64,000 nt of DNA from Pseudomonadota bacterium (GTDB lineage: Bacteria; Pseudomonadota; Gammaproteobacteria; JAKAQQ01). How positions within the stretch are numbered: the stretch's first letter is position 1; each line of letters starts with the position of its first letter. The notes below the pieces were generated by a model. That model had not been told where the DNA came from, did no database searches, and worked only from the letters and a program-made list of their open reading frames with translations. A program made the position numbers and the translations under genes. The DNA is taken from positions 13,970-77,969 of the forward strand of contig JAKCBQ010000003.1 in assembly GCA_021839245.1 (NCBI GenBank), read 5' to 3'. Positions 60,485 to 64,000 of this stretch are shown here, in pieces.

Positions 60485-62046
60485 GTCGTCTCCTTGCGCT
60501 CACGGCTGGCGAGGAAACGTAGACGAGGGTGACGCTCGATGACGAGGTCCATGTGGATCCTGTGCGGCGCGAGGTAGACGAGCGCCCCAAGACCGTCGCG
60601 CGCAAGGTGCGGGGCCGCCGCCTCCTCGAGCGCGGCCAGAGCCTCGGGCGTCCCCTCCACCCAGCGGGCGACGGCGACGCCGGCCCCTTCGGTGGACACC
60701 GGGACCCCGTACTCGTTTTCGAGACGGTAGGCCACGACATCGAACTGGAGCGGACCGACGGCGCCCAAAATCACCTCGTGGCCGTGAAGGGGGCGGAAGA
60801 ATTGCACGGCCCCTTCCTCGGCGAGCTCGCCGATCCCGCGCAGAAGCGCCTTGCTGCGCAGCGGATCGCGAACGATGAGACGACGAAAAATTGTGGGGGC
60901 AAAGTTCGGAATCCCTCGGAAATGAAGGTCCTCGCCTTCGCTGAAAGTGTCGCCGATCTCGATGCCTCCGTGGGTCGAAAACCCGATGACGTCGCCCGCG
61001 TAGGCCGCCTGTGCGCGCTCACGCTCCTGACCGAGGAACACCAGAAGATCGTTCGGCACGAAACTGCGCCCCCGATCGACGTGACGCAAGCGCCCACCGG
61101 GCTCGTAGCGGCCCGAGCACAGGCGGACGAAGACCACCCGATCGTGGTGACGGGGATCCATGTTCGCGTGAATCTTGAAGACGAAGCCGCTCGCCCGCTC
61201 CTCGTCGGGCTGGACGGTCCGCTCCCGCGCCGCCCGCGAACCGGGCGGGGGCGCGACCCGAACGACGAGATCAAGCAGGCGGTGCACACCGAAACCGTGG
61301 AGCGCAGAGCCGAACAGGATCCCCGTCCGCGTCCCCGACCGGTATGAACCGGTGTCGAAGGGCGGTGTCGCCTCATGGACGAGGGCGATCTCCTCTTCGA
61401 GCGTCCGCCGCTCAGCCACCGAGAACCCGGCGAACGCATCCGGGCTGCGCGCCCCTCCCCCCGCGGTGGCGAAGGCTTCGAATTGCCCGTCCACACGGTC
61501 GATCACACCGCGGAATCCCTGACCGCTCCCGACCGGCCAGACGAGGGGAGCGGGCTCAAGGCCGAGCTTGTCGTGAATTTCGTCCACGAGTTCGAGTGGC
61601 GGTCGAGCGTCGCGGTCCATCTTGTTGACGAAGGTCAGAACCGGAAGTGCCCGCTCACGAACGATGCGCATGAGTTCGAGGGTGCGCGGCTCGACGCCCT
61701 TGGCCGCATCGAGCACCATGAGGACGGAATCGACGGCCGTCAGAGTGCGGTAGGTGTCCTCGGAGAAGTCTTCGTGCCCCGGGGTGTCGAGCAAATTGAC
61801 GACGGCCCCGGCGTGGGGAAACTGCATGACCGAGGTGGCGACCGAAATCCCCCGTTCGCGTTCGAGCGCCATCCAGTCGGAACGCGCGGCGCGCGCCGCG
61901 CGTCGCCCCTTCACGGCCCCGGCGAGCTGGATCGCCCCCGCGGCCAACAGCAGGTGCTCTGTCAGGGTCGTCTTCCCGGCGTCGGGGTGCGAGACGATGG
62001 CGAGTGTCCGCCGTCGTTCGACGGCTTCGCGTATCTCACTCGTCAC
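60481..62046 (-). CDS. prfC: peptide chain release factor 3
   Basis: From a GTG at VTSEIREAVERRRTLAIVSHPDAGKTTLTE: GTPase G1-G4 motifs (DTPGHEDF, NKMD). About 522 aa. The long N-terminal extension of the track ORF is discarded. Confidence 0.85.
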   Translation of the reverse strand: MTSEIREAVERRRTLAIVSHPDAGKTTLTEHLLLAAGAIQLAGAVKGRRAARAARSDWMALERERGISVATSVMQFPHAGAVVNLLDTPGHEDFSEDTYRTLTAVDSVLMVLDAAKGVEPRTLELMRIVRERALPVLTFVNKMDRDARPPLELVDEIHDKLGLEPAPLVWPVGSGQGFRGVIDRVDGQFEAFATAGGGARSPDAFAGFSVAERRTLEEEIALVHEATPPFDTGSYRSGTRTGILFGSALHGFGVHRLLDLVVRVAPPPGSRAARERTVQPDEERASGFVFKIHANMDPRHHDRVVFVRLCSGRYEPGGRLRHVDRGRSFVPNDLLVFLGQERERAQAAYAGDVIGFSTHGGIEIGDTFSEGEDLHFRGIPNFAPTIFRRLIVRDPLRSKALLRGIGELAEEGAVQFFRPLHGHEVILGAVGPLQFDVVAYRLENEYGVPVSTEGAGVAVARWVEGTPEALAALEEAAAPHLARDGLGALVYLAPHRIHMDLVIERHPRLRFLASRERKETT

Positions 62047-63068
62047 AGATGCGACTCCCAAGCGGGAACAGGGGACGCACGGCGCCGCTCCGCCGCGCGG
62101 CGGGCACGGGCGTGGGTGCTGAGCGGGTGGAGCGACTCGTCGCTGATCCAGCGATGAAAGACGATGAGCGCGCCCACCACCTCCATCATCGAGCCGTCGA
62201 TCCACGTGATGAGTCCCCCCAGACGCTGATCGCGCAGGGCGCCGATCCCCCACGGGGCGGCCAGGTGGTTGTAGACGGTGTAGAGGTCCTGATGGGTGAG
62301 CGTGATGTAGGCCCCGATCACGATATTGGCGAACATCGTCAGGGTGAGCGCCAGAAGACGCACGGGGTAACTCGGGGCGTCGGGCCGCCGGCGGGGATCG
62401 AGAACCATCCACCAGAAAATCAACCCACTCACGAGCATCGTGACGTGAGCCAACTCATCCCAGGCGTCGTGGACGGCAATGAGATCCATCTCGGGCGGAA
62501 GAAGCCAGAAGTAGAGCACGGCGATCAACTGAACGGAGGCCACGAGTGGGCTCATGAGAGCCCGCCAGAATGCACGGAAAGAACGGCTTCGGGCGAGCGG
62601 CCTCCACAGACGGCGCTTGAGCGGGTCGGGCAAGCCTGCGACGAGCGGCGCGAGAGGCACCCCCAGACAGAGCAGAAGCGGCACAAACATGTGCAGAAGC
62701 ATGTGCTGCGTGAGGTGCACGAAGAGAAGCGATCCCGCGAGGGTGTCGATCGGCGGCGTGACGGCGGCGAAACCGACGAGGACACCGGCGGAAAAAAAGA
62801 ACTTCTGATGCCAGGGAAGATGTCGTCCGTCGTGTTCGAGCCGGCGCACCCCGCGCCCGTACCACAAGACCACGAGGACCGTGACCACGATCACCCACCA
62901 CGCCCAGTTCCCCCACACCGGAGGGGTGTGCGCCGCTACGCGCGCGGGCAGGAGGAGGAAAAAAAGAACAATGCTCGCGCCGATCCAGTCCCCGAGGAGA
63001 AAAAAGAGGAGAAGCGTGAGAAGCGGCCGCTGTCCCGGGCGCAGGGAGGGCGCGTGTGATTCGTTCAC
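62043..63068 (-). CDS. polytopic membrane protein, cytochrome c oxidase assembly factor CtaG-like
   Basis: About 8 TM helices with conserved His-containing segments (FVHLTQHMLLHMFVP). Resembles the Caa3_CtaG family. Tentative. Confidence 0.4.
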   Translation of the reverse strand: MNESHAPSLRPGQRPLLTLLLFFLLGDWIGASIVLFFLLLPARVAAHTPPVWGNWAWWVIVVTVLVVLWYGRGVRRLEHDGRHLPWHQKFFFSAGVLVGFAAVTPPIDTLAGSLLFVHLTQHMLLHMFVPLLLCLGVPLAPLVAGLPDPLKRRLWRPLARSRSFRAFWRALMSPLVASVQLIAVLYFWLLPPEMDLIAVHDAWDELAHVTMLVSGLIFWWMVLDPRRRPDAPSYPVRLLALTLTMFANIVIGAYITLTHQDLYTVYNHLAAPWGIGALRDQRLGGLITWIDGSMMEVVGALIVFHRWISDESLHPLSTHARARRAAERRRASPVPAWESHL

Positions 63069-63149
63069 GCCGCGTCCCTCTCCAGGAGGAAATCACACTC
63101 CCGGTGGTAGGATCGCGGACATGGCGTCCCAAAACTCAAGCACTCGCTC

Positions 63150-63782
63150 GTGAGTGATCCCGATCCCGCGCGTTGGCGTCGGTGGGCACTTTTCGTCTGC
63201 GGATGGGCCCTCGTCCAGTTCACGGCCACGGCCCTTGTTCTCCAGTTCATGCGTCGCCACCTCAACCCGTGGACGTCTACGTTGAGCCGCTACCTCGTCG
63301 GGCCTGGGGGCGACTGGCTCAGGGCGGCCTACCTCGTCCTCGCGCTCGGACTCGTCCTCTTCGGGCTCTTTGTCGAAGAAGACGAAACACGCTCTCGCCC
63401 GTGGCTTCCGAAGGCGGCCTACGTCCTCACGGGAGGAGGACTCGCGACCGCGGGGCTCGTGACACCCCCCGCGCGGATCCGGAACCTCATGGGCGAGATC
63501 CTCTTTCGGCTCCACCTCCTCGGGGCCGGGGTCGCGTTCCTGGCGCTCACGGCCGTCGCCGTCTCATCGTCGTGGACGGGCGGCGGCCCGTTCGCGCGCA
63601 GCCGCATGCGCCCCTTCGCCCGCGGGCTCTCAGGGTCCGCCGCGACACTGGTCGTCGTCTATGCGATCGTCTCCCCGCGAGGAGGCGGAACCTACGAGAA
63701 GGCCTTGATTATACTCCTCGTTCTCTGGATGACTCTGCGCTGGACGGTGGCCGTTCGGGATCGTCTTGCAAATCACGAATGA
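63150..63782 (+). CDS. hypothetical membrane protein (DUF998-like)
   Basis: 210 aa, 5-6 TM helices, no catalytic motifs recognised. Confidence 0.4.
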   Translation: MSDPDPARWRRWALFVCGWALVQFTATALVLQFMRRHLNPWTSTLSRYLVGPGGDWLRAAYLVLALGLVLFGLFVEEDETRSRPWLPKAAYVLTGGGLATAGLVTPPARIRNLMGEILFRLHLLGAGVAFLALTAVAVSSSWTGGGPFARSRMRPFARGLSGSAATLVVVYAIVSPRGGGTYEKALIILLVLWMTLRWTVAVRDRLANHE

Positions 63783-64000
63783 GGACGAGAGCGTCCTCAC
63801 GGGCGTCGTCGTGCTCAGCCGGGTAGTAACCACGGCGCACCCCGATCGGGCGAAACCCGGCGCTCAGATAGAGCGACCGCGCCCGCACGTTGGAGACACG
63901 CACCTCGAGAATCAGGTGGCGGCGTGTTCCGCCCCGGCGGCTGCGTTCCATGAAATGGTCGAGGAGCAAGCGCCCGTAGCCCGCGCCCTGATGAGGCGGA
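63709..64000 (-). CDS. rimI: ribosomal-protein-alanine N-acetyltransferase RimI-like GNAT; 3' part only (5' end beyond window)
   Basis: GNAT motif A region (GAGYGRLLL...LEVRVSNVRARSLYLSAGFRPIGVRRGYYP...EDALVL). The frame stays open to the window edge. Confidence 0.6.
   Translation of the reverse strand, partial: PPHQGAGYGRLLLDHFMERSRRGGTRRHLILEVRVSNVRARSLYLSAGFRPIGVRRGYYPAEHDDAREDALVLIRDLQDDPERPPSSAESSRERGV

Overview
High-GC proteobacterial chromosomal segment with a conserved backbone on both flanks and an accessory, mosaic middle.

Left backbone (0.7-13.4 kb): aidB-like acyl-CoA dehydrogenase, a short-Q-loop (CioA-type) cytochrome bd oxidase cydAB, elongator tRNA-Met, and an mdtABC-like RND efflux operon (MFP plus two RND permeases).

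Accessory middle (13.4-31.7 kb): a decayed ORF-free stretch; a truncated BNR-repeat gene fragment; an ~8.6 kb integrated islet bounded by TTTTGTACC-containing direct repeats; an intact BNR-repeat lipoprotein; a secreted vWA-like protein; a decayed IS3-type transposase remnant; a membrane protein plus a large OmpA-domain lipoprotein with a 9-bp tandem repeat; and initiator tRNA-fMet. The islet carries a frameshifted P4-type tyrosine integrase, an MmeI-family single-chain Type IIL restriction-modification enzyme, a YfjJ/Rep-like protein, three small AT-rich ORFs and a ~0.9 kb ORF-free, hairpin-rich, terminator-capped candidate ncRNA.

Right backbone (31.8-64 kb): complete nuoABCDEFGHIJKLMN on the minus strand (nuoC and nuoD separate); folE2; an operon ribBA-ribH-nusB-thiL-pgpA ending in a Ser/Thr kinase with a cNMP-binding domain; dedA; dcd; apbC/mrp; the MoxR-DUF58-transglutaminase triad; an MFS transporter; prfC; a CtaG-like membrane protein; and the 3' part of rimI.

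The most interesting part is the small defence islet (MmeI-like RM plus unknown cargo plus candidate structured RNA) inserted into a BNR-repeat gene.
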